A stretch of DNA of 64,000 nucleotides from Auanema rhodensis. Taxonomy: Eukaryota > Animalia > Nematoda. Each line of letters begins with the position of its first letter. Position 1 is the stretch's first letter. The stretch covers positions 16,740,001-16,804,000 of the forward strand of contig OZ059894.1 of the NCBI GenBank assembly GCA_964057225.1, in the 5' to 3' direction. Positions 28,801 through 43,000 of this stretch are shown here, piece by piece. The translations under genes and the position numbers were made by a program. The notes beneath the pieces were generated by a model that was not told where the DNA came from, ran no database searches, and saw only the letters and a list, made by a program, of their open reading frames with translations.

Positions 28801-31800
28801 ATAGTAGTTAGTTATAAGCTTACAAGAGATGTATGAGCTTGTTCTGGTTGGGCCCCCAACAAGCCTTGTCTTATTAGACGCCGTTAAGTTGTACGGTGCT
28901 TTAAGATCTGTTGCTAGTTTGAAGAGCCAACCGTCAGGAACTAATGGATTATCCATCTGAATAATGGCATTTCATTTGTGAGAAGAAATTGTCTGTAATG
29001 TTACCTTAAGCCTAACTTCGTATTCTCCTATACTAAACCATATACAAGCCAACCAATGAGCTACTAACACATATGCACATAGTAAGAGCAACAGCGTTGC
29101 AGCTCCATATTCCAGATAATTATCTAACTTTCGGGCAACTCTTCCCAACCGCAATAATCGAACAACTTTAAGTGCCGAAAAAAGGCTTCCTATTCGCTAA
29201 AAATAAAAGAAGAATATAAAAAATATATATATATAATTTACCTCATCATCACGTTTAAACATATAAAATATATCATAAGGAAGGCACGATAATAAATCTA
29301 TTAAAAACCAAGATTTAAAATAATTATGTCGTATTACAGATGGTTCTATTACGACCTGAATATACATAAATTTAAACAAAAAACTTGAAACTTGAAACAG
29401 TACTTCTCCGCCTGGTCCGACAAACGTGGTATGAAAGTTCAATAAAATATCAGCGAAAAATATCACATCAACAATAGAATCCATTAGTGCAACTGAATCG
29501 ATTCCTGAACCCGGGATGTCCCTAAAATCATTTTTCTTTCCTTTTTCTCTTATTATTAAACAAGAAAAGAAGATATATAATAGATGTAATTAGATTATTT
29601 TTGGAAATTTTCAAAAAAAAAACAAAACAAAAATTTTTCTTTTTCTTAAAGTCAAATTTCTATGAATTTTCAAACAATTTATATTCCAAAGAAAATATAT
29701 TGGAAGTAGATATTACCTGAACGGATGCATAAAGAATGGTTTAAGGCTGAAATAAAAACAATTTTAATAATTTGTTATTAGATTATAGTTAACTATATTC
29801 TTAGAAAATATAGTATAACTAACCTATTTTTGAAGGCAATATTGAAAGGAACCATGAAAGCTGTGTAGAATGTAAGTGCTAATATCGACCAATCCCATAT
29901 AGTTTTAAATGTCGAATAATGTAAAATGATATGAGGTGAAGTTTTCGGAGTTTCTTGACGATATTGCGGTAACATATCTCCTCCAAGATTCATTACCTAA
30001 ACGATATCTACATGGTAAAACATGCTCATATCCGTAGAAAAGTTAAATTAATTCAGGTTGGACAGGAACTCAATGATAAATAAAACCAAAAACTGTCTGA
30101 AATAGGAAGAGCAAATTGTATGTTATATCTTGTTTTTTATTTTTTTTCTACACAAAAATAAAAAAAGAAATCGTATTCACATATTCTATACTAATATAAA
30201 CTCTTTGACTCATCCATTCAAACATAACACAAGCACTTTGATAGTGAAACATCTACTGTGTGTGATAAAAGCTGGTGATAGTTGCTATGAGAGATTTCAT
30301 TAAATATGTTTACTTGTTTTCAATTAAAAGAATATTTAAAAACAAGTTTACATGACTAATCCTCTAAAATAATTTGTTCAGCAACAATAAGTATGTAAGA
30401 AAAATGATTTCCTTCTCAGTGTTAGAAACCATTCTTTCTACGTTTTTCGTGCAAAAAAGTGCATACAATAACTAACTAAAGTGAATTCCAGCTGCTAATT
30501 GAGACTATTTTGATGTGTACGAAAAGTTTATTTTCTTCTTTCGAGATCAAATTCAAAAATGAGCCCCCAATGATATAATATATAGCCGAGCAGCCGAATA
30601 CGACACGGAGATGATGATTCTGGCAACCACGCAAAAACAGTTTTTTTTTAAACTTTTTTATTTCAAAATTTTCTTGGTTTTCTTTTCATAAAGTTTTTGT
30701 TCAAACATTTTGAGGATGTTTATAAATTTATTTATGTTTATTTGGCTGCAAAAAGCTTCATTTTCTCTACTTAACAGAAAATTTTGCATCAAAATGAGCT
30801 CTAAACTTACGGAACGACCAACGGACTCGTCCAACTAAAATAGAACTATTAGATAATAGTTTCATTTAGAAAAAATAAATAATTCTGTTGATCATTGTAG
30901 AAAAATGAAAAATTTCCAATACTATCATTCCAAAAAGGTTTAAGATTAATCAAACTAGTACCACTCTCCCTCCCATCATTCGGCTCTTTTCTGTTTTGAT
31001 ATTTAATTAAAAAAGAAATCAGTTTTCGTTCAAATCAATAAAGTGAATTAATTGTTAATATCACATCAAAAAAAATAAAAAAATAAAACAAAAAACAAAT
31101 CGACTTATTTCTTTGAGGTAAAATATCTTTTTTTTCTTCGACGAATTTAACGGCGAGTGGTTATGCAGGGTTATATGACTGTATATGGCATGCACATGAG
31201 AACACACGTCACAGCAAACTTTTTAAAATTTTAAGAAAAAAAAAGTTGTTAGTTAGTTAGTTAAGTTATAAACTGTTTAAATAAAAACTGATCGACATGC
31301 GAAATTAGTTTGTTTTAAATTAATTAGAACGATGACAAGGAATTCAAGTAAAAAATTACAAAATTGAGATGAAATGTCCTGCTGCATATAAGCAGAAAAT
31401 TCCAAAAAAAAAACAAAAAGGTGAAAATTTTAAACCAAAATTGACATTTCATCTGTTTTCGATATGGAGTAGGGAAATTACTAGAACCTTGATAACCTGA
31501 TTGAAGTTTGATGATGCTGGAGCAGATGATTTGTGAAGATCTTTTGTCTCTATCTGATTGAACTGTTGCTTAGATTTGGCTATTCGGGCAATTTGTAAAA
31601 TTCGCGATAAACCTAAGAATTTAAAAATTGAAATTGGTTTCAAAAATTCTTGATCAAACCTTTGTTATTTTCATCATCCAATGGTTGTTTTAAAGGTGTT
31701 ATATCTTTAAATTGACATAAATACAGTACTACATTGTCTTTATCATTTTTGATTGGAGCTAAATGTACCAGAAGCCATATTGGAGTTTCTATAATTAATA

Positions 31801-32405
31801 TATTTCAATTTGTTATTACAATGTTATTATATAAAACTTACTATTCTTCTTGCATAGTCCAATTTCGGCTTGATCTGTTCGACTGTTATCAAGGGCATCT
31901 TGCATACGAGCTAAGCTACCAGCTTCACCATGATCTCCATGAAGGAATGCTAATCTGAATTGCCATGAATGTAGATTTCTACATTTAATAATTTCAAAAA
32001 TTAACAAAAAAAAAGCAAAAATGTCAGAAATGTGTAGTTGAATAGAGATTTTCGTTTTTTTTTTAAATTTCAAATTTATAAAATAAGCAACCACTGTTTG
32101 TGAAGAAAAACGATTTTTATTAATAAAGATGTTGAATTAAAAACAAAACTTACGAGCATGGCTTCTGCATGATCTCAGCTCTAGAATATCCGACCAATTT
32201 CGAGAAGCCATCGTTACAATATACGATCGGGTAGTCAACGACTTGAGCATTTGCAAGAATAAAAGATGTATCTAAAAGAATTAAATAAAGTTTAACTTAA
32301 TTAAACAGAAAAAAAAGCATTCTTACCAGCATTATTACAACGTCGAATTACGTTCTCAAGAAAAGTATTCTGTGGTGCGACGAGGCCGCGTTTAGCCACT
32401 GGCAT
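25806..32405 (-). CDS. egl-2: Ether-a-go-go (KCNH/EAG) voltage-gated K+ channel
   Basis: N-terminus [29 protein letters not shown] domain, S4 ([17 protein letters not shown]), filter TVGFG, S6 [19 protein letters not shown] domain with the YNL intrinsic ligand. Ends PPSRTRI*. Confidence 0.96.
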
Positions 32406-35400
32406 ATCACATGAGCAGAACGGCTCTAAGTAGCACGGTTTAGGGAAATCGAAACAGTAACTTCGTCTTCTAGCTGAAAAGAAAGAATAATTTGACGAAG
32501 AAAATAGAGATAAAGCCAGAAATTAACGAAGAAAGTCACAAAGAAATAAGTTAATTTGAAAAATCACACATTTAGGGAAGTATGAGAATCTGTTACATTG
32601 TTCGGAAATTCTGCAAAAATTAAAAAAGAACAATTAGTGAAAATTGGTAAATCACAAACACGTATTAGAATTATAATTAAACACGGGCTACATATGGTAG
32701 CTGTTCTCTCAGAACTGCATCTCGATTTGCTCATGAATCTTGTCGCAGCTTGAAGAAATGTGCAGAGAAAGTGACAATTGAAGTCAAGTTTTTAGTTTTT
32801 GTGTTACGTTTTCTTATAATAAATAAGGTAAAAACTTTAAACTGCTTTGTTATATTCACACGAAGATAATAAATGGATTTGTATAATCAACTAAGATAAC
32901 AAATAAAAATAAAAATCCTATGAATGCACAAGGCTAATACTATGCCGGTTGATGTTGCTGCTGCTTCATATACGATTGAGAATTTAAGCTAATAGCTTGT
33001 TTTCATTTTCAGCATGAACTTTGAAAATAATGTTACTTGTATGGTAAAACATCCCGAAAAATATTTTCTGTACTTAAAAAGCAGAAAAGAATCGAAAGAA
33101 GATTTTGAATTATTGATTATGAACAAGTGAAAAAGAAATTATGGAATAGTAAAATGGCTACGAGTACGAGAAGAGGGGGGGGGGGGCGTGGAGTCCGAAA
33201 GAGAAGGATAGGATAGTGTGTAGGTTGTTATACTCAAACAAATTATTTTTATTAGAAAATTCTTCAAATTTTTCTATAAAAATCATAAATAGAGTGACTG
33301 AAATTCATAAGGTATTTCCTTTTCTTATTTGTTTATAAGAGATTGTTTTTGTTGATTGAAACGTTAGTGTTGACTAGCAAAAACACAAAAAGAAAGAGCA
33401 ATCTTGTTGGGATTTTAACATATTTGAGCTGAAAAAAAACAATATAAGAAGTCATTATATTCCAGATGAATGAATAGTTAGTTCGCTCGATTAAGCTTTT
33501 TGTGGTGAAGTCAAGAAAATAAAAAAAAAAGTAAATTAAAGCAGCGTACAAACGAAATAGTTATCATCATACATACATATATCTTATCTCTTTGGTGGCT
33601 TTAAGTAAAATGACTAAAATCTAATTTAAAGGTCTGGAAAGACAAAAAAAATGAAAAAAGAGAAAAGTTAGTAATGAAGAGAGAGATATAGAGACATAGA
33701 AAGTTTCTTTTTTATAATGAAAAAGACGTTTGTGGTGAACAGAAAAAGAAGTTAAAATGACTAACTGAACTAGTGGATCAGCCTGATCTTCCACTAAGTC
33801 TTGGTCCTTAAAATTTGAAGATAACTTTGAAGTATTTTAAGGTCAAAGAAGATAAGCTTGTACATATTGTATATGAAAGTAAAGTAATAGAAAAGAAAGA
33901 TCAATAAATAATGAATAATATTGGAAATTTACAATATAATTATGTATTAATATTAAATATTTGTGGATTGAACCATCATAGATATGAGTTCTTCTTCTTA
34001 AACCAGTATTCCGTTTATTTCTAACATGGATAGAAGTGCGTCGTCCAAGGCCAGAAGCCATGAGACAGCAGGAAGTCCGGATGCCAGGCTACTCACTCTG
34101 TTGGCCAGCAGCTCTTACCGACGGCTTATATATAATTTATTTTTTTTTTCGCCGCCACTAAGTAGTTTGCAAAACAATGTCTATTCCCAAGTTTTCAGTT
34201 TTGAAAAAAAATTGACTGTTGAATAAGCTGATCGTCTTCAACGTTAAGAGAGGCGAGAAAGGAAGGCACCATATATAGCCGGGAATAGTTCGAATGTGTG
34301 AAGAGAGCATTCACTTCATACTTTTCTCTCATTCTTCTTTATAAACTATTAAAATAAAATAAAAATAAAAATATTTGAGGATGAATAAATGCAATGATGT
34401 GTTAGTTGAACTGGGACATGTTGGTTTTCCCCCATCAAATTTAGTTGAAACTGAAAAAATATTTTTTATATTTAGAGTTATTTGTAGTTCAAGGTAGGAT
34501 AAAGTTAAGAAAACAATTGAAAATGTAGTGTAGAGTAAGTGGATGTAAGCAAATTCATTGAATTGAATGAATTTTTGTTTGTTTTTTGATTTAAATGCTT
34601 TAAATTTCATTTTTTATTTTTATTAAACTTGTGATGTTCATGAGAGCAGTAATAACTAAATGACTAAGTGAAGTATAGACTAACAGTTTTTTGGCAAAAA
34701 AATGAAAAAATTCAAATGAAGTTGAAGAAGATTTTTTTTGGAAAAAAGAGCATATGAGTTAAAAATTATAATTGAAATAAAGACAAAGGTATTAATAAGA
34801 ATAGAAATTCATATAAATTGTATATTTTGTTTGAAATGTTGAATGAGAGTATTGGGATTGGTGGTTGCGAGGTAGCAATTGACTACCTGACTCTTAAAGC
34901 ATTTTAATATAAAGAAAAAGTCAGAGTTTTTCTTTACATTTTATATTTGGAATTATAAGGAGAAATGAAAAGAAGATTGTAGGCTATGACTATTGAGATG
35001 AGATAAAGACGATGATAGAACAGAAAAAGAAAGAGAAAAAGAAAGAATGAGAAAGGATATTTATCTATAGTTTTAAGAAGAAAAAAAACAAAAATAAATG
35101 AATCGTTTTTGAGGACATAATCTGATTTAAATGACGGATAGTTAGCCTTAGGCAATAAAATGAAATTTAGATGAGCTGATGAAAAGAATGAGATGAAGTT
35201 AAGCTTGGAAGAGAAGATGGTTTTGAAACGAAAACGATTTGTCTTTTACCGGAATGAACTATACTGAATCGAAAGTGAAATGGACTTTCTGATAAAAAAA
35301 AAGAAAAAGAAGAATATTCAGATATTGAGAATAAGTTCAGTAGCTAAAGCACTAGAAAACGATAAAAGAATGAGGGATTGAGTATAAAGATGAGAAGAGA

Positions 35401-35580
35401 AAGAAAGAAAAAAATAAGGAGAGAGCAAAGTACTGAAGGAGTACGGGAAAAATGAGCTGTATGATGGGTGATGGTCAGTCATGAAGAAGCATAAGCTTTT
35501 CAGTTTGATGGTCTGTGCTGTTCACTCATCTTCATCTATGATGTACTAATGCATAAAGGATGTTTCCTGCAAATTGACAA

Positions 35581-35639
35581 TACATACACAGACACAGACA
35601 CAGCCACAGACACACACACACACACATACACATACACAG
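35581..35639. repeat. Imperfect (CA)n microsatellite
   Basis: Directly visible CA/GACA repeats. Confidence 0.85.
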
Positions 35640-37031
35640 ACTCCTCTCCCACCCATACATAGACTCAACCACATACTATATAGATGTATACATATGTATA
35701 TCCAAGCCTAAAGATGATGCCAAAGTTAGAAAAACGAAAAGAATAGTATTAAAATTATTTTGAAATAAAAATAAAAACTGTGAATGAAATCTGAATAGTG
35801 ATGAATAATAAACTTATTATATTTATAATGAAAATTTTAAAAATAGTCGGTTGAGATTGATTATTTATGATATTTTTTGGCTCACTAACCGCTTCCTACC
35901 ACCACTTCTTCTTCTTCATCTTTTTTTTCATTTTCTTTGTGCCTCTTCTTCAGCTTCTGCTGATGATGATGCTGATGATGATGGAGAGACGAAGAGGTAA
36001 AGAAGCCCGACAGACAAAGAACAAATCGCTTATGAAACCATTTAGACTTGTGACAGCTGTGAAAGTGAAATTGACGAGAACAGCCAGATGCCAAATATGG
36101 AAGATCACGCAATATCTCGGTCGCGATCATCATGGTCCGCTTGACTTGCCATCACCATTTCATCTCGTCGGCCATCACTTTGGCATCATTCAGAATTTTG
36201 AGTTAGAGTTGTGATTGTCCTCCTTAGAAGGCAATAGAATCATTATTATTGTAGAAAAATTATAAATTTGTCAATTCTAGCTTAACAAATAACAAGAAAA
36301 ATTGGTTATAATAGTTGTAACAGCACATAAATCAAAAGTCAAAATCTTGAAGATAATTCTGATAGAAATACTTTGATAAGCATTAACAACACTTTTTTTT
36401 GATAGTGTTTTTAAAAAAAAAACAATAGTTCTTAAAACAGAAATCATGTGTATTGTTTAGGAAATATCAAGAAACGAGTAAAAAGGAGAGAGCAGGGTTG
36501 ATGAAGACGATGATGATGCTTTACTGATTACTAGAAAAGTAAAATCGCTGTTGTTTATAATATTTGTCAAAAGATTTTGAAATAATAAACATAGTTAGAA
36601 AATACTAGACAGCTTTTGTGATATCAAAGAATAACGACGAACTCATTTTTTAACGAATTCTGAACACGAAAATGAGGGAAAAACCAACTGAGCTTAATAG
36701 CGATAAAACTTCAAGCTGTGGAATGAGGATATGCTGAAATATGGGATAAAGCTTGTGTTTCGTACTCTATATTGACTGAAAATATCCTCTCTGTGAGCAT
36801 GACTTAGAATGCTTCATTGTCTCCTTTAATCACTATTCAGTCTTAACCCCCTTCTCTCTTATTGTCTCTCTCTCTAGCTCTCACGTAATCACTTATCATT
36901 CTCCCAAACATATTTTCATATACATATGATAAGTTTCTCTACTATGTTTCGTTTCCTAGCTGAAAAGGCATGGATAATCCTTGTAAGGAGATAATCCATA
37001 GATACGTTGTTTGACAAATAAGAACAGCATA

Positions 37032-37085
37032 AAGAAGAAGAAGAAGTAGAAGAAGTAGATGAAGAAGAAGAAGAAGAAGAAGAAG
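37032..37085. repeat. (GAA)n microsatellite with GTA/GAT interruptions
   Basis: Directly visible. Confidence 0.9.
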
Positions 37086-37538
37086 CAGCTTATAATCAAA
37101 CACTAGAAGAATTATCTATTTGGGATACACAAGGCTTCTTGTCTCATACACATATACATATACATAGTAACATCTATAATAAGTTATATATATATATAAT
37201 ATGCTTCATAACAATTGTAATATATACATACATGTTTTTGAAAAAATGATTATAAGCTACAAGTAATATATTTCTCAAGATCATAAAATCAATTTATATT
37301 TTTTTGTAGTTTATCTTTCAAATATTATGATTGATTAAACTAAATTATAATTTCTTTCATATTTCAATATTCAAAGAAACTACAATATGAAATTATAAAA
37401 ACATCAAAAGATTCTGAACTAAACAGTACAAATACATGCAAATTTCCTAATTTTAATCTGAATCCAAAGAGTTTATGGTATTCCTTATTATTGAAACCAA
37501 AGTTATCTTGTTGATGTTTCTAATATGAACTATGCTTT

Positions 37539-37540
<2 letters not shown>

Positions 37541-37572
<32 letters not shown>
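37541..37572. repeat. (AG)16 microsatellite
   Basis: Directly visible. Confidence 0.95.
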
Positions 37573-37574
<2 letters not shown>

Positions 37575-38674
37575 GTAAGAAGTATTAGTTAAGACAATGT
37601 TCTAGTCAGAGTTCAAACTTCAAACAATACTTTAAAGGTGTGAAACTTGTTTTTTAAGTGTTTATAACAAGAAAGAAATGAACATGTATCCACTATATAG
37701 ATATTTATATAAATTACAAAGCTTAAATGCTTTCTATATGGCCATAAAAGGCAATATTTTTGAGTAGTTCCACTCTTATTAATTACATAAAATGAGATTG
37801 GCCAGATTGAGATAACTGCGCCTGGTGCAAAACAATGCCAGCTGGACATGGAAAAGCTAGGAGCAACGGTTAATTAAGAAAAAAATGGTTAAAATGAGGT
37901 AATAATCAGAGTAGTTTGTAAATTTGAATATATTCTCTTTCATAGATATATATAGTTATTAAAGAGATATAGTTATAATAATAAAATAAATATATAATAA
38001 TAAATGAAATGAAAAAAAAAAAAAACAATCAGTGGTGTATACTATGTATGCATGTGTATATGTAGTTTAGGAAAAACTATTCAGTTCATTGAGATGATTG
38101 ATAGACGAATTGTCAACTAAAGTTCAAAAAAGGTTTTACGGAAAAATAGTATGATGAAGATGAGAATGAAAGAAAAGGGAGGAGAGGGTGAGAGGGTGGT
38201 GAAGAAAAGAATGAATGGTTGCTGTTGCCTAGGAAATAGATATGATGCTTCACGTTAGGTTGGCTATGTTTAGTAGTAACAGAGAGGATTTGAAGTAAAA
38301 ATTGGAATTAAATAGCAAGTTAGAGACTGGAAAAGTTAAGAAACATGGGTTAAAACAGAATGAAAATGTTGGAAAAGTAGAAGATGTAGAAGAAAAAGGA
38401 AAGAAGTATGAAAGAAGAGGACAGCAAGTTAGAAGGAGCGAAAATAGCTTAAAGAATGAATAAGATATCATAAGTCGTTTCGATTACTATTTCAACACTC
38501 TCTTCTTTACCAGTGAACGTTGTTGGGCTTAGTGAAGCACGCGATGCAAAATATGCGTTAGAAGCGAAGGAAAGAGATAAAGAGGTGAAGTTGGCATGAC
38601 CAAGAGAATAAAGGAGATATGAATTAGGATTGAAAAGAAAAAGGATAAAATTAAGAAATGAGTAGAATAGAATT

Positions 38675-38678
<4 letters not shown>

Positions 38679-38718
<40 letters not shown>

Positions 38719-38730
38719 TAGAGAGAGAGA
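38679..38730. repeat. (GA)18 microsatellite with degenerate tail
   Basis: Directly visible. Confidence 0.95.
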
Positions 38731-39330
38731 TTAGAAGCACAACCGTGTTCAATATCTGTAAGACATGAAATGTTAAATAAGTTATGTTAATTCACGTGAG
38801 CCACGTCAGAATAACAGTACAAGTGACAAACAAAACACTGAACAATAGAAGATAACGCTAATATAGAATCCTCATCGAAGAAAAAAAAGAATAAAAGAAT
38901 TGAATATCTTCATATAGAAATATAGATAAATATATTTATATAGAGAAATATTTCTAGAGATAGACAGAAAGATGTATATACTACACATCTCTTTTATATT
39001 TTAATAATTATGACAGTCTCAAATAAATGAGCATATTTTGACGAAATGAAAATATAATCTGGAGAGGATCAGAGCGAAATTAGCCATTCATTCATCTGAA
39101 TATCTTATCAAAAGCCCGAAAGCTTTTCATTAATGATTATAAAGCTTGACTAGTCTAAAAAAGCAAAAAGGATTTTGCTGTAAAAAGTGAAAAGGCACAG
39201 AAAAAACGACAAAAAATTAAATTAAAGCTGAAGAGAGATTGTGTGTGTAAGACTGCCAAAAACTGAAAACTATGTTTGGAAACAATAGTTAGCTCATGGA
39301 AAAGATATAAGTTCTAAATAGTCAAAATAA

Positions 39331-39376
39331 AGAAGTAGAAGAAGAAGAAGAAGAAGAAGAAGAAGAAGAAGAAGAA
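39331..39376. repeat. (GAA)n microsatellite
   Basis: Directly visible. Confidence 0.9.
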
Positions 39377-39501
39377 AGAATACATAGTTATTATTTTCTA
39401 GAAGCATAAGCTATGCTAACTAGCCGTTCACCGATTGGCTAGGCTTTCGTCAGAAAAAAAAATAAGAGGAGATATCTGGGGTGGGTCATACTGAGATATA
39501 T

Positions 39502-39539
<38 letters not shown>

Positions 39540-39965
39540 TCTACATATACACTGACTCCACTGACTGACTGACTGAATACCTACATGCATGTACATACGA
39601 CAACGTAGACACCACATTCAATTCATCATATATCCTAATGCTCTGTGTAGAAGAATTGAGTACAAGACAATTGAAAAAAAAAAAGATTTTAGGTATTGAT
39701 TAATCTTTATGATATTTCTTCTTAAAAAAAGTTTTTAAAATTTTAAATATTTCTTTCTCTTTCAAATAATATCAGTTATATTAAGGATATAATATACATA
39801 TATACATATATAATTGTCTTTACATTCATAAATCTCTCAAAATTTAATCAAAAACAAATGAAAATCTCAATTGATTACGGATAATCAAAGTTTTTCATAT
39901 CTATATACATATATATTTGATCAATTAAATGATATTTAGTTTAGTCATTTTAAGATAAAGATTGG

Positions 39966-39968
<3 letters not shown>

Positions 39969-40010
<42 letters not shown>
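39969..40010. repeat. (AG)21 microsatellite
   Basis: Directly visible. Confidence 0.95.
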
Positions 40011-40014
<4 letters not shown>

Positions 40015-43000
40015 AGAGGGTAGAAAGCAAGGGAAAAGGAAGAGGGAAACGAGGAACAAAAAAAAAAGTTTGAAAAAGCTAGTATGGATAAAGGCTGTAG
40101 TTAGACAAAATCATATATCCGTAAATAATACAATATCATAACAAAGGAATATTTTTCAAAATATTCCTTGGTTTTTTTTTGCATTTTTCTTCCAGATTAT
40201 CAGTGCATACTTAACGACAAAGACTAAAAAGTAATATACATACATAGATGCCACTTGAGTAATATAATTATAAGAAAATGAAAGTATATATAAGAGTAAT
40301 AAATAAAATATTATAAATATATAAATTATAAAAAACATTAAAAACTAACTTATATAGTTAGATTTAGCATTTTATGTTAATGAAGCGGTCAAATTTTTAG
40401 ATGATTCTAGTCAAAAACGGAATAAACAGATAGATATATAGATTTAATAATTGTTTTAAATTGAATAATATTACATATATCTTTATATATGTATATTATT
40501 GCGTCTGAAAATAGTTTCAAAAATTGAACAAAAGTGGGAAAAATGGAGAGAGAGAAGGGAAACCCCCACATCACCCCTTCCTTCTTATAAAATTGAATGT
40601 GTCGGTCACAATCGGTCAAATTCTGATGTTAGAATCTATTACTTTGATCTATTATTCAAGTGAAAGTGCATTAGATTAGAAATAATGAAGAAAAAAAAAT
40701 TTCTCATAAAGAATGATTTGAAATGATAGAAATTTCTATATATAGTAATAGATGTACATACATACTTAATACGTATGTATATGTTTTAAGAATAAAGATT
40801 TATATAGAAATAGAGATACATAAGTTGTGAATTTTTAAAAAAAATATATAATAAACTGTAGTTCTTTAAGAAATTTATAAAATATCTTTGGAGATATTCA
40901 ATAATGAATGTGATATGTGCTGCTTAATACGTAAATATCTCATTGGTATTACTATTACTTTACTCAAATTCACGGTAAGTTGATCGAAAAAAATTAAGAG
41001 GCAGGGTAAAAAATGAATAAAAGGAGAAATAAAGACTGAGGAAATAAGAAAATAAAACTTTTCAGCTTTATTTGACGAAGATAATATGCTGCTCGTCCGG
41101 AGGACACTAGCAGCTGTCATGAACTGAAATACATAGGTAATGAGGTTGTCTGCAAACTTGTCGTTGCCGGCGGAAAGAATTCGTAGAATAGCTTGCTTTG
41201 CTTACTTTTTTATAAAAAAAAAAACCTTTTTTTTTTCAATTTTTGAGATCTTTAACTAGTTTAAAAAGCATAGAAAATGAATAATTATCCAAAGAATAGA
41301 GGTGGTTGGATAAGTACTTGTTGAAGACGACTTGTAAGCAAGGGTGATTCGAAGACAACAGAAGAAAATGCAAAAGAATGTTAAAACAACAATAGGTTTT
41401 ATTTTATTTTTTTGGGGGAAAAAAGGGAAACCAAACAGAAATTTGTAGAAAATGCTTTAGTTTTTAAATATTTTTTTTTACTTTTAACGGTATGAAAGGG
41501 AATTAATTATTATTGTAGTAAAAATTGTAGGAAATAAAATGAAAATTTGATATAAGAAACCAAAATAGTTTCGAAACTAAAATATAATTCTGCAGAAAAG
41601 CAAAAATTAAGTTTAAAATAATAAAAAAAAATATTGTATTAAAATATTTTTTGAAAACTGTTTCAAAAGTTCAAGGTTCAAAATTCAAAAGTTCGAGTGT
41701 TTGATTAATTTTCTAATAATAGTTAGTTCATGATGTAGTTAACATAATTTGAATTTCCTTAAAAACTTAAAAGTTTGAAGAACTTGGTATTCTGATAGAA
41801 GTAATAGGAAAAAGTAGTAGTAATAGTATCGGTAATAGAAGGAACAAGCACCGAGAGGTAGTGGTTACTGCACTCGTGTACACGTTCCGTTTGCGAATTT
41901 TCGGCTTTCTTTCGAGTTTCGTAAAGTTCAATCTCCAAGTTCTAATCATTTCATCAAATTTCTCATGAAAGTAAGAAATTCATTTTCATTTTCTTCGAAC
42001 AAGAAAGTTTTAATTTATTTTCTTGCAAGCATAACATATATAAGATAATAAAATAATAATTTAATTTTTAAACGTTTACCTGATCTATATCAGAGAAACA
42101 ATGATTTTTAATAAATTAATGAAATTGATAAAGATAAATCATAAAATTAATTTTATGAAGTATGATCCTACGGTAAAGAATATGTATTACGTAAGCAGTT
42201 GAACATAATCAATTTTCTTTTTAGAAGTTAAATAAGGAAATACTAAAGAATACAAATTATTTTCTAAAACTTTGAAAAATAAAAATAAAACTATTGGAAA
42301 TATAAGAAAATTGAAAAAAAAACGTCATAGTTTTCATTTCATTTCTCAATTTAAATAGTTTCTTCTATCTTTAAACCCATCCAACCACAGTTTCTAACAT
42401 GTGTCTTTAATTTTAATCTAATTCAGATCACAAAACGTTTTAGTAGTTAAATTTGAAAAATAAAAATTATAAACATCTGTGTATATAGAGATATGTAGAA
42501 AGATATATAACATAAATGTATTTCAAGTTATATATATAAAAAATTATTTAAAATTTATAAAAATAAAAATATTTTCTAAATATCATTCTATTTTCTTTAT
42601 TTTCTTTATTTCTTTATTAACAAAAATATGATTATATATATATATATATATCGTTTTGATTGAATTATGAAGTTTTTCATGGATCGAAAACAATATAAAT
42701 GATTCGAGTAGAAACGAGTCAAATTTAATCTTTTTGTATATGGTTTGTACGTACTGAGACCCATAAATAGTTAATGGAGATTAGAGGGTTGATGTGTTCA
42801 GACTAGCCAACGGAAGACCAATTTGCCAATGAAATTGCTTAAGAAATTGGTTTTAGTTGGAAAAGACTCTCCGCCAGCTGACTCGTTAGATTGCTTCACC
42901 AGGAAAGCACGTTCACAGCTTATGGCTTCTCTGAATTGGGTGCAAATTTCATAAATGACATTAAGAATTAAATCATCTTGTGCTCTTTTTTGTTAAACAA

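Noticed and set aside
33175-33186. G12 run as a G-quadruplex or fragile site
   Set aside because: Too short for a three-tier intramolecular G4, and homopolymer length is unreliable in assemblies.
35867-36214. Overlapping ORFs with poly-His, poly-Met and poly-Glu
   Set aside because: Explained by (CAT)n and (GAA)n simple repeats; no compatible neighbouring exons were found.
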